From: Octopus vulgaris
Lineage: Eukaryota
Direction of reading: 5' to 3'
Assembly (NCBI GenBank): GCA_951406725.2
Contig: OX597823.1
Coordinates: forward strand, 44,764,001 to 44,828,000
DNA length: 64,000 nucleotides
Shown here: positions 13,441-26,719 of the stretch, one piece after another
Numbering within the stretch: position 1 is the stretch's first letter
How the letters are laid out: every line of letters begins with the position of its first letter
Position numbers and translations under genes: made by a program
The notes under the pieces: generated by a model
Seen by the model: the letters and a program-made list of their open reading frames with translations, nothing else
Told to the model about the DNA's origin: nothing
Database searches by the model: none

Positions 13441-15338
13441 CTGAGAATGGTCAGATAAGTTGGAGAGAGATAAAATAGTGATGAGGTGCCCAGGTAGGAA
13501 ATACAAAGTGAGTGAGGACAGAGGGATGAAGAGTGTGAGGGGAGAGAGAGGAAGGAGGAGCATGAGCAGGGAGAAAGGAAGGAGCGTGAGCAGGGAGAGA
13601 GGAATGAGGAGTGTGAGCAGAGAGAGGGCTGCAAGAGTAGAAGACAGAGTGAGAAATGGGAATGAGTGAGAGGAGAGGTGGACAACAAGTGTAAAGATTG
13701 GGTAGGATTAAAAAGTGGAAGCAGTGAATGGTTGATAAGGGGTGGGGATGACCAACGAGGATGGTGGAGGTAAGAGGGTGCAGAAGAAAGCAAGAAAGGC
13801 ATGACAATACAGTAGACAGGGGAAGAACAAGAGATGACATGTGTTGGGTTGACTGCAGTAGTGAGGGTGGTAGAAGAGGAGAGGTAAGTTGGTGGCTCAG
13901 TGGAGGGTGGTCAGTATAAATTGTTGATGGATAGAACATTATCAACAGATGAAAGATAGATTAATGAAATTGGTTCTGAGTAGTAAGAAAAATAAAAGGA
14001 ATCAATGAAGAATTGCAGTTAGAGAGATGATGGGTGGTGGGAGTGGTAATTTGATGTGGCTTGGGCAAAGTGCCCATTTGAATGGCATCATTGATGAGTA
14101 TATTATCAGAAGCCTTTAGTATAAATATAACAGATGAAAAAATAACTGGGTTAATAAAGAAGACAAAGTGAAGTGAAGTTGTGTTAATATAATAAAGTTG
14201 ACTGTTAACCAAAATTTACAGTTTGTATCCTGTTGCTGGCACTGGGCTGTGTTGATGGCCAACACTCTTGGTTTTCAGGCTGTTTAGTACATCTAACACT
14301 GAACTGGTGCAGTCATGTAAGCAATAAATAATGCTAGCATGCATTGTTGAGTTTGAACTTTGCAGTGAGTGTCACTGACAGAAAGACAGCAGCTGATATT
14401 TAAGATGTATGTATTTTACTATTTTCTTACATACAAAGTAAATAAAGACAAACTATTTACTGGTCTTTTGTATGTCTATAATCAACGATCTATTTTATAC
14501 ATTGTGTGAAATTTTGAATCAAATTCATTCAACAACACAAATATGACAACAATGTTTTAATAGACAAGCAGTTAAAAAAAATAACTCAGTATTGTTACAT
14601 AGTGTTGTGTGACAAGCCAGCATGCTGATGTTTAAAATTAGATCCTTTTTGCTCATGCTAACTTAAGATTTAGATGAAGAGTTGTACTTTATTGAACTAA
14701 ATAGTACAAAATGCTGTGCACAAGGTAACAGCAGTGATTAAGGTAAGGCTTGAATTAATGAGGTTTAAATGGTTTGTAAGCAGCAGCTGTCCCTTCTCAA
14801 CATGAATCACTTAACCACAAAGTGGAGAAGTTGGATAAATTATTGACTTTCTGGATTGAAGAAAATAAAATTAACACTCATAGCTAGCCGAGCTGAAAAG
14901 CTCCAGGGTAACCATCAAAATAGTGAGGTTTCCTACCCACTGCTAAATGAAAATCCTTCCATTGCTTAAAGAAACAATACCTCTGTAACCTCTCTTAAAT
15001 CACTATGTCAAGTGATCAAGTTTTGACAAGTGATGCTCCCTACAACTTATTGGGTTATAAGAGCATAGAGTAAAGTACTTTGAAAATAAAAATTGTAACA
15101 CAATGCTAATAGTAACACATTGATTTATGGTTGCATGGCATGCAAACAACACACTGAGTATAAATACATATTCCACAGTTTGTGAAATGAATCATATTAA
15201 CTCATATCTCTATTTCACTCTGTAGCTCCTTATTAAACAGGAGATTACAACAAGTGGATTTGAAATTAAAGGCAGTTCAAAATCAGAAAGTAACCCAAAT
15301 TGATGCCCCAAGTGGATTTAGTAATGCAGTTTACATAC

Positions 15339-15509
15339 CAGAATGTCCAGTGAGTTTACGCACTAACTGTCCACGATCACAATCAGTTACACCTATGGAA
15401 CAATCCCCGGCACCACCACTGATCAGTATAGAGGAATGACTTGGGGATTCTTCCATGAACAGCACATCCCTAATAGTGCCATCATGGTGGTTTAACTCAA
15501 TTTCAGGAC
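15339..15509 (-). CDS. WDR47: WDR47 WD40 exon
   Basis: ttctgtag|GT ... TCTG|gtatgt, phase 1-1, 171 nt; PEIELNHHDGTIRDVLFMEE...LISGGAGDCSIGVTDCDRGQLVRKLTGHS. Confidence 0.95.
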
Positions 15510-15754
15510 CTACAGAAAAAACAAAACAAAAAGAAATACAATAAGAGAAAAGAAAATGATTATAGAACTTGAGCAAAGTTATAATTTTTTTGTAATTATT
15601 TTTCCATAAACTGCCATTCATAGATTTGTAGAGGGTAATATCTTAAGAAAATCCAGTGAATGAGTTTTCCCAAAACAGTTACTTTTACTAGCAAGAGAAG
15701 AATGTAAATATATATATATGCAAAGACACAAATATGAAGAATTCACAAACTTAC

Positions 15755-15924
15755 CTTCAGCAGTACAAGAGTCAAAATTAAATGCTGTTAACTTCACAGA
15801 TTTGTCATTTGAACCAGTTGCTATAACATTGCCTTGATAATTCCAGGCAACACAGTAAATAGACCCTTTATGATGTTTTGTTCGTTTAAAAGCCACATTT
15901 GCTGGTTGGGTAATGTGACTTTGC
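15755..15924 (-). CDS. WDR47: WDR47 WD40 exon
   Basis: ctgcag|G ... GAAG|gtaagt, phase 2-1, 170 nt; FKRTKHHKGSIYCVAWNYQGNVIATGSNDKSVKL. Confidence 0.95.
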
Positions 15925-16860
15925 CTGCAGATAATACATAAATAATATATCAATAATCAATAATCAGTTAATATTGATATCTCCCAGCTGAAGAGAGCTC
16001 ATATGACACTATACATCCATGGTAAATGCTGTGTCAAAGTAACTGACGGCAGCAAGCCAGACACTGCATAGCCACAGTAAATCAAATATTCTATACATAC
16101 AACATATACACCATATGTCATGATAACATTACAAAGTGTCATTGTATAATATGCTTTATGAAAGAGGAAAAATATTTAGTTAAGATTGTTTCTAAAAGAC
16201 TGGAACTTCAAATTTTGTTTCAACCAATTTCTGTCAATTCCTCACTCAAAGCAAAAACTGCAGTTGGATATTGTGAGGTAAATAACTGAGGTTTTTGTTT
16301 TCTCTAAGAATGCGAAGACACTGTGAATGAAAGATGCCAATTGTCTCAAATGATAAGAATTAACTGAAAATTTAGTCCTTCCTACAATTTTTGTTGCAAC
16401 AAACAACATTTTGCAAGATACAGCACTCTGGACAAGAAATTGTTAACACCAAACTCACCCTTATACATTCACAGATGAACTGGAGCTAGGTTAAGAGTTA
16501 ACTTGACATGAGATGCAGTCAAAAGTATTTAAAGTGTCTGTTGAAATAAAAGTAAAGAGTTAACAGAAACTTCTTGATGCAACAGAATATGGATGTAGAG
16601 TGCAATGCACTGTCTACAAGATGGAACAAAATGAGTATCAATGCTGGATGTGCCTAGACTTTCAAATGGCATTTAGATAATTTTGGGGAGTGGAAATAGT
16701 CAATTAGATCAACCTCCAGTACTCCACTTGTACTGTATTATCAGTAGATAGATGAAAGGCAAAACTGACCATGGTGAGATTAATAAAACAGCAAGAAAAA
16801 TATAAAAAAACAGTTTAGAAAAGTAGAGAAAAAGAAAAAAAAAAAGTTTATATTCACTCA

Positions 16861-17073
<213 letters not shown>

Positions 17074-18183
17074 TTAGTCTTGTTTGAGATGGAAGAATAA
17101 TAATATGTAAGAATTTTGTCAACATATATAATGGTTCTAGTTTGCTTTCATTTTCCTGAGAGTTGCATGTTTTAATTTGTTTCCTTAAATGTCACATATG
17201 ACACAAAAGTTGTATGTGCTTGTTTAAGTGTGAGAGAAAGAGATGAAAGAGTAAACCCAGAATCCTCAATTGTGGATCCATGGAGCTATGGTTAAGATTA
17301 TTAATATTTAACTTAAATTATTGTAGGTTAATAAATGTCATATGTAGTAAGAAATAGAATAATAATTTCTTAATCAGAAAAAACAAGAAAAAGAAAATGG
17401 AAAATTCAGATAAAGAAAAGAAATAGAGAAAACATGAATATCAATACAAATTTACATCAATAATCAATAAAGATGAAAATGACAAAAGTAGAAGAAAATA
17501 CCTAAGAAAGAATGAGAAAAGAGAGAAAAAATGGACATAAAAGAGGACTGAATAAGAAATTAAAGGGGCTTTTTTTTAAACCCAATGATTCCATGCTGGC
17601 TACATTGTCAGCAATTTGTTAAAACAAACAAAAAACCCCTAGAAAATATGTGCAGTTAGTGCAGAAGGAAAGACAGGGTTGTGGAATGCAAGTTTCATAA
17701 ACATAAAAAATGTTATTCAGCAAGCTGACAGGCAAGTTTGAGGTTGATAATATACTTAAACAGGGTACAATCTTCCCCAGTTAGCAGACATAAAGGTGAG
17801 GGGGGCCTTAAAGAGGAAAAGAAGAAAAAGGAAGTTTGAAGCATGGGTTAAATAAAGAGATAAAACATCTACAGCAGACAAACAAATAGCGGCAGACATA
17901 CAGGCAGCAACAAATAGCAAAAGGCCGGAAGCAATACTTGACTGCAAGAGAAAAGAAAACTGAATTCAGTAAATATCAAATAAAAATGCTTAAGAATAAA
18001 AAAGATTCACTAAAAGTTTTGCAATAAAATAAAGCACGTGATCTGCCGGACATAAATTGCAGAAAAAAATGAAGATGAAAAACATTTTGTCAAAAAAAAA
18101 AAAAAAAAAAAAAGTGGAATGAAGAATGGAGGATTGGAATTCTATATAGTTTTGTCGTAGAATATGTCATGATCAGAGCTTAA

Positions 18184-18383
18184 CCCTCTAGCATTTAAAC
18201 TGGCCAAAGTATTCTGCCTACTTTATGTTCAAACTGGCCTCTCACACTTACCCTACAATGTTATTCTAAAAATAAACAATCACATCATCAAAATTTTGAT
18301 GTTACAAGACAATTCATGATTAATTCAAATCTATGGGAATAAATAAGCATTACAATTGTCAGAAGTACCTGAATGCTAAAGGG
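18184..18383 (+). mobile_element. TTAA-flanked MITE
   Basis: ttaa|ccctctagcatt ... aatgctaaaggg|ttaa. Confidence 0.85.
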
Positions 18384-21300
18384 TTAAAAGATTTCTGAAG
18401 GATTATTAATTAAAGAGGAATCTAAACTATCAAATTTGTGATAGTCCCAAAGCAACATAGGAACAGGACATGAATTTCTGTTTAATTGCAGTTCTATACT
18501 GTATTCACTGTGACTGACCATACTGAACGACTAGTAAACTTTTAACATTTACTAATTATACTTTAATCATTAATAGTTTTTGTTAGGAGCAATATTGATA
18601 ATTTAAGTTAGGTGTTATGTGTTGATTCAACAAGAAATCAAAACAAGAATAGATGTGAAGAGTATCTCAGAACAAGTAATTCAGTTAAAAAAACAAAACA
18701 TGCGTGAATGTGTGTGTGTTTGTGTGTGCATATGTGTGCTAATAACAATTAGCTGCATTAAACAGGTTTCCATATCTACTGGCACAGGTTGGATGGATCT
18801 ACAGTCACTATTTTTTTCAACTCTGCATCCTATCATTTGCCAGGATTCACGTTCTGAACACACTATATTTTTGGCCCACTGTTCCACAGATATCCACCAC
18901 CAACCCACAGGACTTTTTCACTCAACAAACATTGTCCATAACATTATGATTTTTATTATATACCTATACTTATAACCTCAACCTTCCTCTCCTCAGCTTA
19001 TCTTTTACTCTCTTCAGTCTCCTCTAGATTTCGAGGTCTCACTACTATGCAGCAACATGCATCTTCGACAGGTGTCATAAAATTTGTCCTTTACACTGTG
19101 AAAGGTATCATCTGTGATTACCAGAAATAACAGATTCTTGTTCTAGCTTGTTTCAGTTCAATGTATTAGACATTTCCCAAGAATCCCTAAGCAGTAATTA
19201 TGTCACCTATGTAACAGAAACTATATCCTACTTCTAGCTTTGCATCCGAATAAACCACTTATTTGTTTGAATGGATTTTCCCTGCTGCAAGCCACCCTGT
19301 ACACCTGGCATATCTTGGATGCCAATCAGTTTTCCTAATCCCCCAAATGCACCTCCTAGATAACTATAGCATGACTGAGTATACGGAAGTTCTAAATATT
19401 TTTCATAAATATGGAACAAAGTCATTTTTGCACTTTTTGCCACTAATATTTACTATTGACCACTCTGGAAATTCTTGTCTCAAGCCAAATAGTTAAAAAT
19501 TGACACAAAAGTTTAAATATGACCCTTAAAAGGCCATAATTTAAAAAGAAATGCATAAAACAGAAAAGCTGAAATGTGATAGTGGATGGCATCTCTGCTA
19601 GTTTCTAAATTTGCTGCAAAAATATGCACACGTTTTCCATTCCATAGGTGAGGGTTAAAGCTAGCAAACAGGGTCATAGTTAGAAAAGGACACAATATGA
19701 CTAGATTGCTGGATTTGTAGAGCACAAGCTTACACACCATGCCTTAGATACTTCTCTATATATAGTTAGGCAAAGTATAAACTTTTGCCTTAGTTTAATC
19801 TCAATACTTAAATGTAATAGAGGTAAAAATTTACCTTTGACAAAAAGGTATGATGGTCCAACAGGCAAGCATGATTAAAAGCTACAACACTCTTCAACAT
19901 GTGCCAGGAAAGTGAGTTGTACAAACAAAAGGAAAATATGTACTGCATGAAAGAGTCATCTACCTTCAATTCCCATTATATAAGGAATATGCATATAAAA
20001 ATTAGCATCTAGTTAGATGTTCATAAGATTCTACAGTTCTGTAGTTCAAATCTCAGCTATGTTCAACTCAATTTTTCATCTTTTAGGGAACAATAATATG
20101 GAATATTATATCAACTAAAGGAACAGAGAAGAGAAACAAAATGCATCGAACTGGTTAGAGAGCTGTTTGGTTGCTCTCACCATCAAGCTCAAGGACTATC
20201 AGAAGATTCTAATGGAAAACAATCTGATAATGGATTGAGAAAATGCACCCACATGTCATTAATATTTGGCAATGAGTTGGGAGTACCCAACAGTGAAACA
20301 TGATGCCTGTCGGTGAAATAGATAACATAAAAGAGGCAATAACATAAAAAAATTTACAATGAAGGATATTGCTCCCCAGTAGTTTCCCTTGACATTTCTC
20401 TCTTTTGTATTTTACTTTATTTTCTCTTTATTTTCATTAAGCTGGTATGGCTGGGATGGTTTTCTTAGACGTTCAAGTCCAGCTTTTTTAGTTAGAGCAA
20501 ATTTTGAGCAGGATGTTCATCCCATCTCTAATCACTTACTAGTAAAATACAAAAGATAACTATTTTCTAGTTGGACAGACTGAGGTAAAAAAGTGTATTG
20601 TGCCAAGCCATAGAGCATCACACAGTGGGCAGTGGTAAGTTTTGAACTCCTGATCATGTGTTCCAGTACTATGTTTAACATGCTCATGCAAATAGTTACA
20701 AACACAAGATAATGAAATGAAATAAAAGAAAAACACACACACCCACCCACAAAACCTTCCCCAAAACAAAATCCCAGAGCAACAATGTTAAACAAATATA
20801 ACAGAAATGTGAAAAAACACAGGAGATAAAACAACACATAACTAAAGCCTTTCTTATTGGTAAATTAAATATAAGGGAAATAAAATGATAAAATATATAA
20901 AAACAACAGAAAATGTAAATTTCAACATTGGCACAAAGCCACACATTAAGAAAAGAAAGTTAGGGTTTCAGCATATTATTGATTTTTTTTTGTCTGGAGG
21001 GATGAAAGGCAACGTGTATTGAAGTGGGGTTTGAACTAAAAAGCATAAAGGTACTAAACTAAATATCACAAAGTATTTAGTTTGCTATTTCTTGGCACAA
21101 TACATTAAACTTAGAGAATAGGTAGGAGGGGTTACAGTGGAATGACTAAAACCTCAGTTCATGCCTGGCACTTCTTATGTTAATTTCAGAAAGATGAAAA
21201 ATTAAGTTGATCCCTGCATCATAATTTGAATTGAGAAAGTAGAACAACAAATGTAAAAGGCAGTAAGACAATAAGGAGGTAAAGCACAATGGTTATGAGG

Positions 21301-22048
21301 TTGATATGCTGGACTCCAAATCACACCATCAAAGTTCAGATTCTTCTACTTTGGTGCTTTGCTCCTAAACCAAAAAAACCCAAAAAGTAAATTCCACTCC
21401 AATTTCATGGGGAACTGGTTAATGTAGGAAGGGCATCCTGTTGTAAAATTATTTACCCCCACAATCTATCTTACTCATTAGTATCGAAAAGTAGATTTAA
21501 GTTTTTAAAAAAATTGTTTTAAATAGAAAATGTTAATGGAGATGTCCATCTAGCCCTTACCTTTATGTTTACAAGGGGGAGATAAGCACCCCCAATATAA
21601 TGAAAATTCATAATTACTTATATGCAAGTACAATATTAATTTCTAAGGACCTCAATTTTTTTTGTTTTTTGGTGGGGGTGGGATGGGGGAAGAAGCTACC
21701 TAAATCAGTTCCAGAAATCATATACCACGTCAGCATTTAAACTCAGAATATAAAGGAAGCAATTAAATGGAATTAGTGCACAACAGCATAATTAGAAGTT
21801 TGCAATGGGCCAATCACTGGTTCACAATATTTCTAAAGGTAAAAGTGACACAGGAATGTCTTCAACTCATAGGGGATTTCATTTACAAAGTACTGCTCTT
21901 TCACCTATATTTACATCAGTTGATGAAAGAAAGTGGGGGGAAAGGCAACTTTTATGCTGCTCTACCCCTTAAGAAAAAATAATTTCAACATTTTTGGGGA
22001 GGGTAGAATCAAAAATGTCAACTCATCTCTCACCCTCCCAGTACTTAA

Positions 22049-22184
22049 CCCTTTGAGCCCATAACACTGATTTACCGATGGATGGCTTATTTTTCTGCAT
22101 ACCGTAGCACCGCTCTACCAGTGGAGTGCATCTGGAAGCCAGGTATATGGTCAAATAAGGTTCAGGAGGTCAGGGCTCAAAGGG
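22049..22184. mobile_element. 136-bp TTAA-flanked MITE, second family
   Basis: Perfect 12-bp TIR CCCTTTGAGCCC/GGGCTCAAAGGG with TTAA on both sides. Confidence 0.85.
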
Positions 22185-22310
22185 TTAATACTGATTTGGC
22201 TGTATTTGAACTAAAACCACGAAGTGATTTGCTGCAAACATTCACTACATTGTTCTACCATTTCTACAGTTCACTTCCATTTTACCAGTAGTAGCAGTAG
22301 TAATAATAAT

Positions 22311-22862
22311 GGTTTCAAATTTTAGCACAAAGCCAGCAATTTTGGGGGAATGGGATGATGTGATTTGGAGTCCAGCATATTAACCTCATAACCATTGTGC
22401 TTTACTTCCTAAATGTCTTACAGTCTTTTACATTTGCTGTTCTGCTTTCTCAATTCAAACAACACCAGCACTCAACTGGTACTTATTTTATTGACCCCAA
22501 AAGGATGAAAGGCAAAGTCAAAACTTCAGCAGAATTTGAACTCAGAACATAAAGACAGACGAAATGTTGCTAAGCATTTTGCCTGGCATGCTAATGATTC
22601 AACCAGTTTACTACTGCTGCTACTACTACTACTACTAATAATAATAATCCTTTTTACTAAAGGCACAAGGCCTGAAATTTGGTGGGGAGGGGACTAGTCA
22701 ATTTCATCGACCCCAATACTCCACTGGTACTTAATTTATTGACCACAAAAGGATGACAGGCAAAGTCAACCTTGGCAGAATTTGAAATCAGAACGTAAGG
22801 ATGGATGAAATGTTGCTAAGCATTTTGCCTGGTGTGCTAACAATTCTACCAGCTCACCATCT
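22311..22862 (-). mobile_element. Two tandem MetaSINE-like SINE copies (22311-22610 and 22650-22862)
   Basis: Each has ggtactt..tttattgacc.caaaaggatga.aggcaaagtcaa...gaatttgaa.tcagaac...ctaagcattttgcctgg; separated by (ACT)n(AAT)n. Confidence 0.8.
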
Positions 22863-23120
22863 TAATAAGAATAATAATTAGAATGTTTTCATTTATTAGA
22901 ATAACAGTATAATACAGTTGTTATGCCCAATTAAGAAGTTAAATCAACAAAATTATTGTGAAACATACTACAATATAAATAGTTCCAGAAGACAGACTGG
23001 ACAGGAACATTGGGAACACAAGAAATATAATAAAAAACAAACTCAGTGTATTAATTCATGGTTTCTTTATGAATTTTCCCCCCCATTTTTTTAAAAGAAA
23101 AAGACTAGATTTTTAGAATA

Positions 23121-23826
23121 TTAGGTCATCACATAGATAATGCAGATTTTCCAATTGCATGAATGAAAAGTCAGATGGGGACAGGATAAACTACCTCCAT
23201 CAACGTGCTATAAAAGCAAGTAGTAATTTTATCTTATACTTAGTGCAAGTTTTGAAGAGTGCAGTTCAATTATAATAGTTATTCTAATAAGGAACTAGCT
23301 GAGAAGCTTGGATTTGGTCATTCAACCATTCATTGTCATCTGTGTGCCATCGGAAAAGTCAGCAAATTGGGTCAATGGGTTCCTCACAAACTTTCTGAGT
23401 CTAATTGCACACAGAGAGTGAATGTGTGCTCTTGTTTGCAGTCACATCTCATGAATAAACCTTTTTTGGACTACATAGTGACTGGTGATGAGAAATGTGT
23501 TCTCTATAAAAGAGTCAAGTACCAAAGACTGGGTAGCGAAAGGAAAAACACCAGTGACCCAAGCTAAAGAAAGTCTTCACCCACATAAGGTGTTATCTGT
23601 TTGGTGGGATATGAAAGGTTTAGTCCACTTTGAACTTTTAAACCCACACCAAACAATAACAAAGGAGATCTACTGTGGGCAGCTTGAGTGGTTTAAGTCA
23701 GTGCTAGAAGAAAAAATGATCATCTTTGGTTTCAAGACAAAAGGCGTAGATTAAAAAAAAACTATCTTAATTTTGAAAAATAAAAGAAGTATAAAAAAAA
23801 CCCACATTATTTATGGGATGACTCAA
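23121..23826 (+). mobile_element. Internally deleted mariner element with transposase remnant
   Basis: KLGQWVPHKL, IVTGDEK and VWWDMKG motifs, frameshifted; imperfect ~30-bp TIRs (ttaggtcatcacatagataatg versus rc ttgagtcatcccataaataatg) flanked by TA. Confidence 0.9.
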
Positions 23827-25622
23827 TATTATACAGAAAGTTGTGATATAAATAAGTTTTTTATTTTGATTCCCTTTTCTTTCAAGCTTTTCCAAATTAG
23901 CATAATTGGTGTTTCTATATTATCAGAATTAACATTAAATAATATTGTATCAAATACCAATTTTTCCTAGCATAGGCACAAATCCTCATTTTTTTTTTCA
24001 GAGAGGGTGGGTGGGTGGGTGGGATACAGCTAGTTATACTGATCCCAATACTTGACCAGTACTTCATTTTAAAACCTTGGAATGATGAATGACAGAGCTG
24101 ACCTCAGTCAGATTTGAAATTAGACTGCAATAATATATTATGTCTACAGTATGTTCATTTACTGGTTTTAGTGACTGAATTAGGGTTACATGAGAGAAGC
24201 AAATTCAAAGCCTTTAGTTTGTCATAAAAGCCCCAGTACTTAATTTTACCAAAATGGTGACATATTAAGTAGTCATTTTGACACAACACTGATTTTGTCG
24301 TAACAGGCAGTAGTGTGTCAAACACAAATACACATGCATGTACATATCTCCTTATCTATATATCTCTATATATTTCTTCATTTGTTTTATGCCTGTTGTT
24401 CAATATTAGTATAGTTTAGATGCATATACTATTGAGGCATTGTTTTGAAGGAGGATGCCCTTCCTGTCACTAACTCTTACTAAAGGGATCTTAACTTCAC
24501 ATATCTTTGAAGGCATGATGGCAGCTGAGGATCTGTTGACAAAAGAAACAACAACAATGCTGCTCACAGGGCAAAAACATAAACAATCATGCAAACACCC
24601 ACAAACATAACAGGCTTCTTTCAGTTTCCATCTCCAGAATTTATTCACAAGGCTTCAGTACAAGTACTTGCCTAAGGTGTTGCACTGTAGGACTAAACTG
24701 AAACTATGTGGTTGGGAAACAAACTTCTTAACCACACAGCTATGCTTGTATCTGTACATGCACAGTTGCCATCAACTAAATTCCATTTAAAATGGTATTA
24801 GTGATAAATAGTGGGATCAGATCTAGAATCACAGGGTTATAAAGCAAACTTCTTAATTACAGTCATGTCTGTACTAATAATTTACCATTATTATTATCTA
24901 GAAATTTATTGATTTCTAGCATGTGCAAATTTACATAATTGCACATAAACTGATGAAGCAAGAGATTTTTACACCTAAACATAAATATATGCACTTCCTA
25001 CTTAACCCCTTACCTATAATGTCGTTGTCTTTACTCAGGTATGTTTTCAAAATATGTGTATTGGCTGTAGGGTACAGCACCATTGTTAAAGAAAATTTGA
25101 ACTTGCAGGTAGAAAGTAGTCCAGCACAGAAAACTCACAACTACTGTGTACCCTACATTTAATATTTAGATACTATTTTATATCATTCTATGTTTTAAAA
25201 TGTCTGTGTATGAATGGATTTTGTTTGTGAAGACAATGAAGGATGTAATATGAAAATGAAAATAAAAATGATGAGTTATCAAGCTGTTGCTATTGACCAA
25301 CTGAGATGCTAACATGCACTAGCAAAGCTTGAAAATGTCATTTGCTGTGTCATATAGGTCTGTTAGAATTGAGAAGAAACCAAGTTCTAAAACACCAATG
25401 GAGCCCAAACCTTAACAATAAAACTTAGTTTTCCTTATAAACATAACTACAAATATGTATTTATCTCTATAGGGACAAGTTAAGTTGAGCCACATTGATG
25501 TCTCTGTCTCCCTCTCTCTTTAGACACAGCCAGGCTAAGGAGGTCAACCACTGAAGCATAGAGCTCTAACAGGTAAAAAAAAAAGTACAGTGAGGGTTGC
25601 AGGGAGAGTGCTGAACACTCGC

Positions 25623-25748
25623 CTGTCTCTTGTGAAAGGTAGGGTAGTCCATTTGTCTCATCTTGTCAAAAATGAAATCCTGCCATCCAATAGCCGCTTT
25701 CTGGTGGGCGTAGTCGTCAGGCTGACTGGCGCAGGTTCCAGGCCACAC
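25623..25748 (-). CDS. WDR47: Candidate WDR47 cassette exon with GC donor (42 codons)
   Basis: ctatctag|GTG ... CAG|gcgagt; phase 0-0 inside a phase-0 intron; only that frame is open (VWPGTCASQPDDYAHQKAAIGWQDFIFDKMRQMDYPTFHKRQ); GC-richer than flanks. Confidence 0.5.
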
Positions 25749-26177
25749 CTAGATAGATACAGCATTTGCAAGCAAACATCAAGGAGAGTGGTTTTTCACA
25801 CCCAACATGTCTAAAAAAACATCACAAACACAAATGCCACATCATGGCTGCTGCACATACACAAACATGTAAACATAAGTGTGTGTGTGTGTGTGTGTGT
25901 AGGGCTGTGGTACTGGTAAAAATATACAGTCACTGATTAAATATAAGATGTAACATGATGTATTAAAAACTTCCTATTTGGAAAATAATCAAATCAGATT
26001 CAAGGGTTTCTATGAAGGGAGATGTGGTAGAAGCAACTGTGTTTCTAAGAATGAAAAAGTCGTTCTCAGATGTTAGTAAATTTTGGATTAGATTTAACTG
26101 TTATTTATTCTTTAATAAATTTTGTGGAAATAACTGTTTCAATCTTTAACAATATTTTTTTTTTACTAATGCTTAAA

Positions 26178-26719
26178 CCCTTTAGCATTTAAACTGTCAT
26201 ATCCGATCCAAAAACTGATTTATGCTCAAACCTGCCGGATCTGGCCTCTCACATTTACCCTTCAATGACACTCTAAAAATAAACAATTATGTCGTTTAAA
26301 GTTTTAAAGCTCCAAGATAATGCATGATTAATTCAAAATAACGTGAATGAATAAGCATTACATTTGATGGAGTAGGAAGCACGTCTTAGCATTTAAACTG
26401 TCATATCCGATCCAAAAACTGATTTATGAGCGAGCACTCCACAGACACGTGCACCCTTAACGTAGTTCTCGGGGATATTCAGCGTGACACAGAGAGTGAC
26501 AAGGCCGGCCCCTTGAAATAAAGGTACAACAGAAACAGGAAGTAAGAGTGAGAGAAAGTTGTGGTGAAAGAGTACAGCAGGGATCACCACCATCCCCTGC
26601 CGGAGCCTCGTGGAGCTTTTAGGTGTTTTCGCTCAATAAACACTCACAACGCCCGGTCTGGGAATCGAAACCGCGATCCTAAGCATTACATTTGACGGAG
26701 TAATCTGAATGCTAAAGGG
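26178..26719 (+). mobile_element. TTAA-type MITE interrupted by a complex insertion (26375-26679)
   Basis: ccctttagcatt ... aatgctaaaggg termini; 23-bp duplication flanks the insert. Confidence 0.8.
26429..26679 (-). mobile_element. Young CpG-rich tRNA-SINE fragment
   Basis: Minus strand ggtttcgattcccagaccgggcgttgtgagtgtttattgagcgaaaacac (B box plus CORE-like segment); 3' part related to the 32908 family. Confidence 0.75.

Noticed and set aside
13209-14212. 164-197 aa S/L/P-rich ORFs; faint Penelope-like look
   Set aside because: Purine/pyrimidine-biased low-complexity tract; no recognisable catalytic motifs
17756-17960. Strong minus-strand acceptor (ttttctcttgcag) with a hydrophobic ORF
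   Set aside because: No frame-preserving donor found; cannot be distinguished from a pseudo-exon
20560-20769. ORF with HCPLC suggesting a zinc finger
   Set aside because: Spacing does not fit C2H2, and the nearest acceptor is out of phase with the phase-0 intron
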